The notes under the pieces: model-generated
Told to the model about the DNA's origin: nothing
Database searches by the model: none
Seen by the model: the letters and a program-made list of their open reading frames with translations, nothing else
Shown here: positions 21,497 to 30,264 of the stretch, piece by piece
How the letters are laid out: every line of letters starts with the position of its first letter
Position numbering within the stretch: position 1 is the stretch's first letter
NCBI GenBank assembly: GCA_963816145.1
Contig: CAWFJP010000014.1
Span: 685,705-749,704, forward strand
Length of the DNA: 64,000 nucleotides
Direction of reading: 5' to 3'
Source: an uncultured delta proteobacterium
GTDB taxonomy: Bacteria; Desulfobacterota; Binatia; UBA9968
Translations under genes and position numbers: made by a program

Positions 21497-22621
21497 ATGA
21501 AGTATCAGGGGTTAAGGATGTACAGCCGTTCGGCACCGTCAAAGCGACGGATCGCACCGGCAGCGGACGACAAGCCGGGCCGCCAAACCATTGGCAGCGG
21601 CGCTGAAGCGCCGTTGTTTGCCGATGGCCGGTTGGCGGAGCTTCTCGGCATCGATCACAGCGCCGCCGTGGAATCCACCCTGCGTGACGCCTTGCTCGAC
21701 CCAGTGGCGTCGCTCACGGCCAATCCGGGCAAGCGAATCCGGGCGCAACTCGTTGCGATGACCTATCGTTTGTTTCACGATGACCGCGCGGTCTCTTTGA
21801 CCGCCGCGAAGCAATGCCGGGACTGCGCGGAGGTGGTTGAACTGATCCACGCCGGCTCCTTGATCGTCGATGATATCGAAGACGGTAGTGCGGTGCGCCG
21901 CGGCCGGCCGGCGCTGCATGTGCAGTATGGAGTTCCATTGGCGCTCAACGCCGGTAACTGGCTTTATTTTTGGCCGTTCGAGTTGCTCAAAGACGCGGGG
22001 CTAAATGCCGATCAATTGGTCTCGGCATACGAGCGCTACAACCGAACGCTTTTGCGCGCTCACTTCGGCCAGGCTCTTGATCTCGGCGCCAAAGTGGCGC
22101 AGCTACCGCGGCAGTCGGTCGCGGAAGTTTGTCTCGCAGGTATGACACTCAAAACCGGTGCTCTGATGGGTTTTGCCGCGGCATTGGGCGGAACCGTCGC
22201 TGGAACCGCCCAACCGGTGCAAACCCTGCTTGAACAATTCGGCGTCGATCTTGGAGTTGCCCTGCAAATGTTCGATGATCTGGGAAACGTCATCGGCAAA
22301 TGCGATCCGCAAAAGCGCTACGAAGATTTATCGCTGGCGCGGCCGTCTTGGGTCTGGGCTTGCGCGGCGAACGCCAGCGACGCTTACGCTTACGAAGAAT
22401 TTCTTGACGCTGTGGCGAAATTACCGGACGCTGAGCTTTTGGAAGGCTGGATTGGTGCCCACGATCTTGTCCGTAAAACGCGTGCCAGTTCGCGGCAGCA
22501 GCTGGATCGCGCTTATGAACGACTGGAGCAGGGCCTGCGGGTGGCGGGGATCGGCTGGTCAGCCCGGACTTTCGGCGAATTACGCCTGTTGGGCGAGGAG
22601 ATTGCGGTGGCTTATGGATAA
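21497..22621 (+). CDS. crtE: Geranylgeranyl diphosphate synthase
   Basis: PGKRIR, ELIHAGSLIVDDIED, RRGRP, GQALD, KTG, FDDLGN; directly upstream of crtI-crtB; start uncertain. Confidence 0.8.
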   Translation: MKYQGLRMYSRSAPSKRRIAPAADDKPGRQTIGSGAEAPLFADGRLAELLGIDHSAAVESTLRDALLDPVASLTANPGKRIRAQLVAMTYRLFHDDRAVSLTAAKQCRDCAEVVELIHAGSLIVDDIEDGSAVRRGRPALHVQYGVPLALNAGNWLYFWPFELLKDAGLNADQLVSAYERYNRTLLRAHFGQALDLGAKVAQLPRQSVAEVCLAGMTLKTGALMGFAAALGGTVAGTAQPVQTLLEQFGVDLGVALQMFDDLGNVIGKCDPQKRYEDLSLARPSWVWACAANASDAYAYEEFLDAVAKLPDAELLEGWIGAHDLVRKTRASSRQQLDRAYERLEQGLRVAGIGWSARTFGELRLLGEEIAVAYG

Positions 22622-24146
22622 GCCTCGCGCTGCGGTCATCGGCAGCGGATTCGGCGGACTCGCCGCGGCGATTCGCCTTCAAGCCGCCGGTTGTGACACG
22701 GTGATCTTTGAAAAGCGTGATCAGCCGGGGGGGCGCGCTTATGTTTACCGCGATAACGGGTTTACTTTCGACGCCGGACCGACGGTCATCACTGCGCCCC
22801 ACTGTCTCGAAGAACTGTTCGCTGTCGCTGGCAAGTCGATGAGCGATTACGTCGAACTGCTGCCGGTCCATCCGTTTTACCGTTTGTTCTGGGATGACGG
22901 TTACACGTTCGACTACTCGGATGACGATGACGCGCTGGAAAAACAAATTCGCGCCAAATCGCCGGCCGATTGGGCGGGCTACCTGCGTTTCTTGAAATAC
23001 TCGCAAGAAGTATTTCATGAAGGTTACGAAAAGCTGGTTCATGTGCCGTTCTTAAGTCTGGCGAGCATGGCGGCGGTGGCGCCACAGCTGATCCGGCTCG
23101 AAGCTTATAGGTCGGTCTATAGCGTGGTTGCCAAACATATTCGCGATCCGCATCTGCGCCAGATGTTTAGTTTCCATTCGCTCTTGGTCGGCGGCAACCC
23201 GTTTACGACCACGTCGATTTACACACTGATTCATTGTCTCGAGCGCAAGTGGGGCGTGTTTTTCCCCAAAGGGGGCACCGGCCAGCTCGTATGGGCCTTG
23301 GTGAAGTTGTTTCAAGAACTCGGCGGTGAGATTCGCTTCGATGTTGAGATCGACAAGATCGTCACCCGCGACGGTGCGGTGGCAGGTTTGCAAAGCAAGA
23401 ACGGCCGAGAGGAAAAATTCGATCTGGTGGTGAGCAATGCCGATGTGGTCCACACCTATGATCGGCTGCTCAAAGACGAACCGCGCGCGGCTAAGACGGC
23501 GCGACGGCTTGAGAAGAAGAAATACAGCATGTCGCTGTTTCTTATTTACTTCGGCACCCGGCGAAAATATCCTAACTTGCAGCACCATAACGTCATCTTC
23601 GGGCCGCGCTACCGCGAACTCCTGGGCGATATTTTCGAACGGGGCAGGCTGGCTGACGATTTTTCGCTTTATCTGCATGCGCCGACCCGCTCGGACCCGT
23701 CGTTAGCGCCGCCAGACTGTGACGCCTTTTACGTTCTCTCCCCGGTACCGCATCTGGGCAAACTGGCGATCGATTGGCAAGTCGAAGGGCCAGGCTACGC
23801 GGCAAAGATTCTAAACTATTTGGAACAGCGCTATATGCCCGGTCTGACGGAGTCGATGGTCACGCAAAGAATTTTTACCCCGGCCGATTTTAAAACTGAA
23901 CTCAACGCCCACCTTGGCTCGGCATTTTCCTTGGAACCGCGTCTCATGCAGAGTGCCTATTTTCGGGTGCACAATCGCGACCGCAATATCCGCGGTCTTT
24001 ATTTTGTCGGCGCGGGTACGCATCCCGGCGCCGGCATTCCCGGGGTGGTGAATTCCGGCAAGGCGACGGCGAATTTGATTGTCGAAGACCTGAAATCACG
24101 ATTGGTGAGTTCGGTTCTTAAGCCCAAGGAAGTGTCCTATGCCTGA
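22614..24146 (+). CDS. crtI: Phytoene desaturase
   Basis: IGSGFGGLAAAIRL, FDAGPTVIT, YFVGAGTHPGAGIPGV. Confidence 0.96.
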   Translation: MDKPRAAVIGSGFGGLAAAIRLQAAGCDTVIFEKRDQPGGRAYVYRDNGFTFDAGPTVITAPHCLEELFAVAGKSMSDYVELLPVHPFYRLFWDDGYTFDYSDDDDALEKQIRAKSPADWAGYLRFLKYSQEVFHEGYEKLVHVPFLSLASMAAVAPQLIRLEAYRSVYSVVAKHIRDPHLRQMFSFHSLLVGGNPFTTTSIYTLIHCLERKWGVFFPKGGTGQLVWALVKLFQELGGEIRFDVEIDKIVTRDGAVAGLQSKNGREEKFDLVVSNADVVHTYDRLLKDEPRAAKTARRLEKKKYSMSLFLIYFGTRRKYPNLQHHNVIFGPRYRELLGDIFERGRLADDFSLYLHAPTRSDPSLAPPDCDAFYVLSPVPHLGKLAIDWQVEGPGYAAKILNYLEQRYMPGLTESMVTQRIFTPADFKTELNAHLGSAFSLEPRLMQSAYFRVHNRDRNIRGLYFVGAGTHPGAGIPGVVNSGKATANLIVEDLKSRLVSSVLKPKEVSYA

Positions 24147-25092
24147 CGCGCTTACCCCGGAAGTGCGGGTGGCCCTCGACGAATGCCGCGATATCATCAG
24201 CAAAGGCTCGAAAAGTTTCTCCCTGGCCGCCAAGCTTTTCGATCCGCAGATTCGCGATGCCGCGGTGTTTCTCTACGGCTGGTGCCGCTACTGCGACGAC
24301 CAGGTGGACGATGCCGGTACATCAGGAGATCGCGCCGAGCTTGAGTCGAGACTCAAAGCGCTCAAAGAAAAAACCACTTCGGCTTTTTCCTTTGAACCGC
24401 AGCACGAACCGGTATTCATCGCTCTGCAACATATTGTCCACCGCTATGGGATTCCGGCGCATTATGCCGTCGAATTGATCGAAGGCATGGCGATGGATGT
24501 GCGCGGTACGCGCTACGCGACTTTGCGCGAGCTCCTGCTCTACTGTTACCGGGTTGCCGGCACCGTCGGCCTAATGATGTCCCATGTCATGGGACTGCGC
24601 GACCAAAGCGCGCTGCGCCACGCCGCCGATCTTGGCATCGCCATGCAGCTCACCAACATCGCCCGCGATATTACCGAGGATGCCTTGATGGGGCGCATCT
24701 ACTTGCCGCTGGCCTGGCTCGATGATGCCAAAATCCCTCATGATCAAATCAGCGCGCCGGAGCATCGTGAAAAGTTGGCGATGCTGACGCTACGCCTGCT
24801 CAACGAAGCCGGCCGTTATTATCGCTCCGGCGACACCGGCCTTTGGCATTTGTCGTTTCGTTCGGCCTGCGCGGTGGCGGCGGCGCGTCAGGTCTATTCC
24901 GAGATCGGAACGTTGCTGGTTAAACGCGGCGCGCGCGCCTGGGACCAGCGCACTTACGTCACCGGCGCGCGCAAGATTTGGGTGGTGTTGCGCGGCGTTC
25001 TCAGCCTGGTGCGCTCAACGCCGGCGCGGCTGTCCCAACCCTGGTCGCCGGACGCTTTGAGAATCGTATGGAAATATTCCAATGTTCAATAA
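24139..25092 (+). CDS. crtB: Phytoene synthase
   Basis: GSKSF, WCRYCDDQVD, YCYRVAGTVG, LGIAMQLTNIARD..ED. Confidence 0.95.
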   Translation: MPDALTPEVRVALDECRDIISKGSKSFSLAAKLFDPQIRDAAVFLYGWCRYCDDQVDDAGTSGDRAELESRLKALKEKTTSAFSFEPQHEPVFIALQHIVHRYGIPAHYAVELIEGMAMDVRGTRYATLRELLLYCYRVAGTVGLMMSHVMGLRDQSALRHAADLGIAMQLTNIARDITEDALMGRIYLPLAWLDDAKIPHDQISAPEHREKLAMLTLRLLNEAGRYYRSGDTGLWHLSFRSACAVAAARQVYSEIGTLLVKRGARAWDQRTYVTGARKIWVVLRGVLSLVRSTPARLSQPWSPDALRIVWKYSNVQ

Positions 25093-25186
25093 GCGCACAA
25101 AGGATTAACCGCGAAGATGCCAAAGTAGACCCATAGGGATCGCTTGGGTCTAGGCAATCTGGAATGGTTGCGGTTCCTTTGGCTCG

Positions 25187-26473
25187 ATGGAGATTATGGC
25201 AAGAAACAATCACTCAGAGCTTCGCCGCGTGGTGGTCACCGGGGTGGGGGTCGTCAGCCCGAACGGAGTTGGCGTTGATGCTTATCAGAATTCATTGCGC
25301 CAAGGCGTGAGCGGGATCGATAGGATTTCGTCTTTTGATCCGAGTCGGCTCTCCTGCCGCGTTGCCGGGGAAGTGAAGGACGTAAAATTAGATGAAATGC
25401 TCCCGCCGCGCGAGCTCAAACGCACTGGCCGGGCAGTCCATTTGGCGATCGCCGCAAGTCTCGAAGCCCTTGAGCGTGCGGCAGTGTGCCCTGAGGGCAT
25501 GAGCCTGGCGGAAAGACAGTCCTGGGGCGTGATCCTTGGTAGCGGTGGCGGAACGGCCGATTTTGTCGAGGAGCAGTATCGTCTTTATTACAGCGATCAG
25601 TTGCGCAAAATCAGCGCTTACAATGTTTCGAGTTCCACCATCGGCTCGCTGTCGAGCGAGCTGTCGATCCATTTCGGTTTTCATGGCCCGAGCCATGTGA
25701 TTTCGACCGGCTGCACCAGTTCCACCGACGCACTAGGCTACGCGTTTAATCTCATCCGTTTTGGTTTGGCCGATCATTTGGTCGCGGGCGGTGCCGATGC
25801 GACGATTACGCCCGCGATCATGCAGGGCTTTTGCGTCATGCAAGCGGTTTCGACGGCGCACAATGACGAACCGGCGCGGGCGTCGCGGCCCTTCGACCGG
25901 AGCCGGGATGGCTTTGTCCTCGGCGAGGGCGCCTGGATATTGATTCTCGAAGAGCGCGCCGCGGCGCTCAGCCGCGGCGCGCCGATCTACGCCGAATTGC
26001 GCGGTTACGGTTCGACCTGCGATGCTTACCACCGCGTCCGTCTCGAGCCGAGCGGTGAAGAACCGGCCCGGGCGATGAGCTTGGCGATCGAAGATGCGCG
26101 GCTGGCGAAGGACGAAGTCGGTTACGTGGCGCTGCACGGCACGGCAACGGTGTTGAACGACAAAACCGAGACCCGCGCGACCAAGTTATGCTTTGGCACA
26201 CACGCCCAAGAGCTGCCGATGAGTTCGGTCAAATCGATGATCGGTCATCCCCAAGGAGCATCTGGCGCTGCGGGCGTCGTCGCAGCGATCTGCGCTATGA
26301 ACGGTGGCTTCTTGCCGCCGACGATCAATCTGGAGGAGTCCGATCCCGAGTGCGATCTCAATTACATCCCCAATCAAAGCATCGCGAAATCGATTGATAT
26401 CGCCCTTTGTAACTGCATCGGTTTCGGTTCGAAGAACTCCGCCATAGTGATCGAGCGTGGAGCGCTGCTATGA
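25187..26473 (+). CDS. Beta-ketoacyl-ACP synthase II family (FabF-like) protein
   Basis: VVVTGVG, STGCTS (Cys), LHGTAT and KSMIGH (His-His), GFVLGEG. Confidence 0.9.
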   Translation: MEIMARNNHSELRRVVVTGVGVVSPNGVGVDAYQNSLRQGVSGIDRISSFDPSRLSCRVAGEVKDVKLDEMLPPRELKRTGRAVHLAIAASLEALERAAVCPEGMSLAERQSWGVILGSGGGTADFVEEQYRLYYSDQLRKISAYNVSSSTIGSLSSELSIHFGFHGPSHVISTGCTSSTDALGYAFNLIRFGLADHLVAGGADATITPAIMQGFCVMQAVSTAHNDEPARASRPFDRSRDGFVLGEGAWILILEERAAALSRGAPIYAELRGYGSTCDAYHRVRLEPSGEEPARAMSLAIEDARLAKDEVGYVALHGTATVLNDKTETRATKLCFGTHAQELPMSSVKSMIGHPQGASGAAGVVAAICAMNGGFLPPTINLEESDPECDLNYIPNQSIAKSIDIALCNCIGFGSKNSAIVIERGALL

Positions 26474-27174
26474 AGCGGAGTTACGAAAAAGAGATGATGG
26501 ATATCACCGGCAATGACCCGGCGCTATTGGCGGAGGATTTGCGCAACCTGCGGCTGCTCAACTGCTACCTGAGCGGTTCGCGCAGCGTGATGGTGGCGCT
26601 GTGGCGGGCGCTCGGCCGTGAGCCGCAAAAGTATATCTCTGTACTTGACGTGGGCACGGGTAGCGCCGATATCCCGGCGGCGATTCTTGCCAGGGCCAAG
26701 CGCTGCCATGTCGCCGCGAAGATTGTCGGCATCGAAGCCGACTCGATAACCGCTGGTATTGCGGTCCGTCGGACCCAGCGTCACGTTGAAATCAATATCC
26801 TTCAAGGTGACGCCGGCGCGCCGCCGTTTTCGCCCGGCTCCTTCGATTTCGTCGTCGCCTCGCAGTTTCTCCATCACTTCAGCGAAACGAAAATCCTCGA
26901 TCTGTTAAAGCAGTGGTCCAAGCTCGCCAGGCACGCCATCATCGTCAGCGATCTGGTGCGCCATCCTTTCGCCTATCATGGCATTCGCTTTTTGACCCGG
27001 CTGACGACTCGAAATGTTATGACGCTAACGGACGCGCCGCTGTCGGTGCGGCGCGCCTTCACGCTGACAGAATGGCGTGACCTATTGCGCCAGGCCGACA
27101 TTGGTCCGGTGGAAATGTTTTCGGTGTTTCCCTTTCGCATGGCTGCTGTGGTTCGGCTCGGAGAGCGGCGATGA
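26470..27174 (+). CDS. SAM-dependent methyltransferase-domain protein
   Basis: E-x-MD N-terminus, VLDVGTGSAD, FLHHF, SDL.R, DAPLSVRRAF. Confidence 0.85.
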   Translation: MKRSYEKEMMDITGNDPALLAEDLRNLRLLNCYLSGSRSVMVALWRALGREPQKYISVLDVGTGSADIPAAILARAKRCHVAAKIVGIEADSITAGIAVRRTQRHVEINILQGDAGAPPFSPGSFDFVVASQFLHHFSETKILDLLKQWSKLARHAIIVSDLVRHPFAYHGIRFLTRLTTRNVMTLTDAPLSVRRAFTLTEWRDLLRQADIGPVEMFSVFPFRMAAVVRLGERR

Positions 27175-28334
27175 ACCAATTCGACGTGGCGATTGTCGGC
27201 GCCGGGCCGGCGGGCAGCTCGACGGCGATCACGCTGGCCCAACTCGGTTATCAAGTTGTGCTGCTCGACCGCGCCGTGTTTCCGCGCGATAAATTGTGCG
27301 GTGATTTCTTGAACCCGATTAACTGGCCGGTTCTCGACGATTTGAATGTCGGCCACGACTTGCTTTCTTTGCCGCATACCCAGGTGGATCACTTTCGTAT
27401 CAGCGCCGCGGATGGCGCCGAAGCGAACAGTGAACTGCCAGTGCTCGGAGACCGTGAATTTGGACTTGGGATGAGACGTTTTCATTTGGATCACGCGCTG
27501 TTGAAGCAGGCGAAACGCGCCGGTGTGAGCGTCGACGAAGGCGTTAAACTGACGAGCCTTATGAGAGAGTCGTCCGGCTGGCGTTTGGAGATGGATTGCG
27601 GCGGGAATCGAGTTTCCGTTGGCGCCAAGCTGCTTGTCGGTGCGGACGGGAGAAACTCCTTGGTCGCGCGCCAGCTTGGTGTGGCCTCGGCGCCGCCCAA
27701 ACGAACGGCTGCGGTGGGCTTCGAAGTCCAACTCCGTGATGTGCCCGGCGTGCGCGGCAGTGTCGAGATTCATCAGTTTGCCGGTGGTTATGCCGGATTG
27801 GTGCGAGTCGATGAATCTACGGTTAATTTGGGTTTTTCGGTCCGTCGATCGCGGCTCGGGAAAGCCGTTTCGTTCGAGAGTCTGCGCGAGAATTGTCTTA
27901 GCCTTAATCCGGCCCTCGATGAGCTGCTTCGAAACAGCGAGCCAATCGGCGAGTTGCGCTCGGCATGGCCGGTTTATTTTCCTGCGCGCCGATGCTACGG
28001 CGACGGTTTTGTCTTGGTCGGAGACGCTGCTCGTGTTACCGAGCCGGTAACCGGTGAAGGGATTTTCTTGGCGCTGAGGAGCGGCCAGCTCGCCGGCGTG
28101 ACGATTGCTGCGGCCTTAGCCGAAGATCGCTTGGACGCGCATCGACTCGCCGCCTATGGGCGGGCTTGCCGGGCGGAGTTCGCGGCGCGAATTCGCCTCA
28201 ACTCGGTGATTCGCAATTTAATGTACCGTCCGAGATTGCTGTCGTTAGCGCTCAGGTTTGTTGGTCGACGGCAACGGCTCTTGGATTCGTTGGTTAATGC
28301 GGTGTGCCAGCCCCGCTCCGCCGTGGCGGGATGA
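27171..28334 (+). CDS. FAD-dependent oxidoreductase (geranylgeranyl reductase-like)
   Basis: VGAGPAGS, FPRDKLCG, GADG, VGDAA..EPVTGEGI. Confidence 0.87.
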   Translation: MNQFDVAIVGAGPAGSSTAITLAQLGYQVVLLDRAVFPRDKLCGDFLNPINWPVLDDLNVGHDLLSLPHTQVDHFRISAADGAEANSELPVLGDREFGLGMRRFHLDHALLKQAKRAGVSVDEGVKLTSLMRESSGWRLEMDCGGNRVSVGAKLLVGADGRNSLVARQLGVASAPPKRTAAVGFEVQLRDVPGVRGSVEIHQFAGGYAGLVRVDESTVNLGFSVRRSRLGKAVSFESLRENCLSLNPALDELLRNSEPIGELRSAWPVYFPARRCYGDGFVLVGDAARVTEPVTGEGIFLALRSGQLAGVTIAAALAEDRLDAHRLAAYGRACRAEFAARIRLNSVIRNLMYRPRLLSLALRFVGRRQRLLDSLVNAVCQPRSAVAG

Positions 28335-29188
28335 GCATGCAATTTTTTTCGGGAGGATCGACAATGCAATTTATGGCATGGGTTTTTCTAGTTCTACAGG
28401 CGTTGATCGTGGTCGCCAGCCTGCTGGGTTACGGGATTTTTACGGCGCGACCCGATCTTTTGATTCAGGTCGATCCTCAAGCGCGATTTTTTACCTGGGC
28501 GTTTCATGGTTTTGCCGTGGGCAATATGCTTTTCGGCGGACTTGCCGTGGTCGCCGACGCATTTTTCAGAAATCGCCGTGCTGGGTTGCTCGCTTTCCTT
28601 GCGGTCTACATGGTGAGTCTATCGAGCGAACTGATGGGCACCGGGTGGGGCGTGCCGTTCGGGCCGTATTCTTACACGAGTCTTCTCGGTCCCAAGTGGT
28701 TCGATCTCGTGCCGCTCTTGATTCCACTGAGCTGGTTCACCATGGGCTGGGCTTGTTGGACGCTCGCGCGCCAACACCGCTCCGGCGCCGCGGCCGTCCT
28801 CCTGGCGACGGTGTTGCTGGTGTCGTGGGACCTGCTGCTTGATCCGGCAATGAGTAAAGTGACCAGCTATTGGGTGTGGGGTGAAGCGGGGAGTTATTAC
28901 GGTATGCCGTGGATGAATCTTTTCGGTTGGGGTGTGACCGGTTTGGTGCTGTTCCTCATTTTAAATCAAATGGCCGTGCAGCCCGGCACGACGGTGTCAT
29001 TTGCCATGGCGGTATACGGTATCAATTTCACGTTACCGTTGGGATTTTGCATTCTCAATCAGTATTGGATTGCCGTCGGCGCTGGTGTCGGCAGCTTATT
29101 ACTTGGTCTGTTCGCTTGCGGTCTGCCATGGTCTGCCGGCGAACGAGTCGGTTTTCCAGCGAAAAATGCCGGTCTGCAAAAACTTTAA
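28331..29188 (+). CDS. cruF: Carotenoid 1,2-hydratase (CruF family)
   Basis: SELMGT..GVPFGPYSY, VPLLIPLSW, WDLLLDP, YWVW, YYGMP..N..GW. Confidence 0.8.
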   Translation: MSMQFFSGGSTMQFMAWVFLVLQALIVVASLLGYGIFTARPDLLIQVDPQARFFTWAFHGFAVGNMLFGGLAVVADAFFRNRRAGLLAFLAVYMVSLSSELMGTGWGVPFGPYSYTSLLGPKWFDLVPLLIPLSWFTMGWACWTLARQHRSGAAAVLLATVLLVSWDLLLDPAMSKVTSYWVWGEAGSYYGMPWMNLFGWGVTGLVLFLILNQMAVQPGTTVSFAMAVYGINFTLPLGFCILNQYWIAVGAGVGSLLLGLFACGLPWSAGERVGFPAKNAGLQKL

Positions 29189-29285
29189 GCAGGTTCTCGA
29201 CAGAAACTGCACCGTGTAGTTTGAAGAGTTGCGCCGCTGGATGGTAAATTATTCACGATCGGGCTGGTGAGAGCGATCTTCTCCA

Positions 29286-30263
29286 ATGAGCCAAATAGGT
29301 CTAGCTGCTAAAGCAAATCTCCAAACCGTCAACTTTGATCTGGATTCCTATCTGCGCACCCGTACTGCGGCCGTAGATCGGGCGCTCGACGGTTACCTCA
29401 AGCGCTACGCCGAGCGCTCCGGCACCATCTGGAAAGCGATGCATTACGGGTTGTTTCCCGGCGGCAAACGCGTTCGGCCGATTTTGCTCCTGGCCGCCGG
29501 CGAGCTTTTTGCGGGGCGGCGCAGCGCGTTGATGCCATTTGCCTGCGCGGTCGAAATGATTCATGGCTATTCGCTCATCCATGATGACCTGCCGGCGCTC
29601 GATAACGACGACCTGCGCCGCGGCGAACCGACCAACCACAAAGTGTTTGGCGAAGGCATCGCGCTGCTTGCCGGCGACGGTCTGCTGACCGAAGCCTTTC
29701 ATGTCATGTCCGGACCGGGGGCTTTGAAGTTTGTTTCAGCCGATCTGGTTCTCAAGTTGGTCCATGAGCTTTCTCACTCTGTTGGCATTGACGGCCTCGT
29801 CGGTGGCCAGGCTTTCGATCTTGAGGCCGAGCGGCGCGCCGTCGATATCGGCGTGGTCGAGTATATTCATGTGCGCAAAACCGGCGCGCTGATCCGCGCT
29901 TCGTTGCGTTTGGGGGCCCAGGTGGCGGGCGCCAAGCCGGCGGAGCTAAAGCGCATCTCGCGCTTCGGCGAATCGCTTGGTTTGGCTTTTCAAATCGCCG
30001 ATGACATCCTCGATATCCTGGGCGAGACCGCTCCCGGCGAGCGTGCGGAGTCGGGCCACAGCGAGTGGAATAAAGCGACCTTTCCCTCGGTCATCGGTGT
30101 TGCTGCAGCGCAACAACGGCTCACGGAGCTGGGCCAGCAATGTTTGCGCGAACTGGCGCCCTTTGGCGCTGGCGCCGAACCGCTGCGCGCGATCACCGAG
30201 CAGGTCGTGACCCGGGCGCTCCACGTCAATGGAAATATCCCAACCAAGGAGTTGCAATCTTAA
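29286..30263 (+). CDS. ispA: Farnesyl diphosphate synthase
   Basis: GGKRVRP, YSLIHDDLP, RRG, FQIADDILD; upstream of dxs. Confidence 0.92.
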   Translation: MSQIGLAAKANLQTVNFDLDSYLRTRTAAVDRALDGYLKRYAERSGTIWKAMHYGLFPGGKRVRPILLLAAGELFAGRRSALMPFACAVEMIHGYSLIHDDLPALDNDDLRRGEPTNHKVFGEGIALLAGDGLLTEAFHVMSGPGALKFVSADLVLKLVHELSHSVGIDGLVGGQAFDLEAERRAVDIGVVEYIHVRKTGALIRASLRLGAQVAGAKPAELKRISRFGESLGLAFQIADDILDILGETAPGERAESGHSEWNKATFPSVIGVAAAQQRLTELGQQCLRELAPFGAGAEPLRAITEQVVTRALHVNGNIPTKELQS

Positions 30264-30264
30264 T

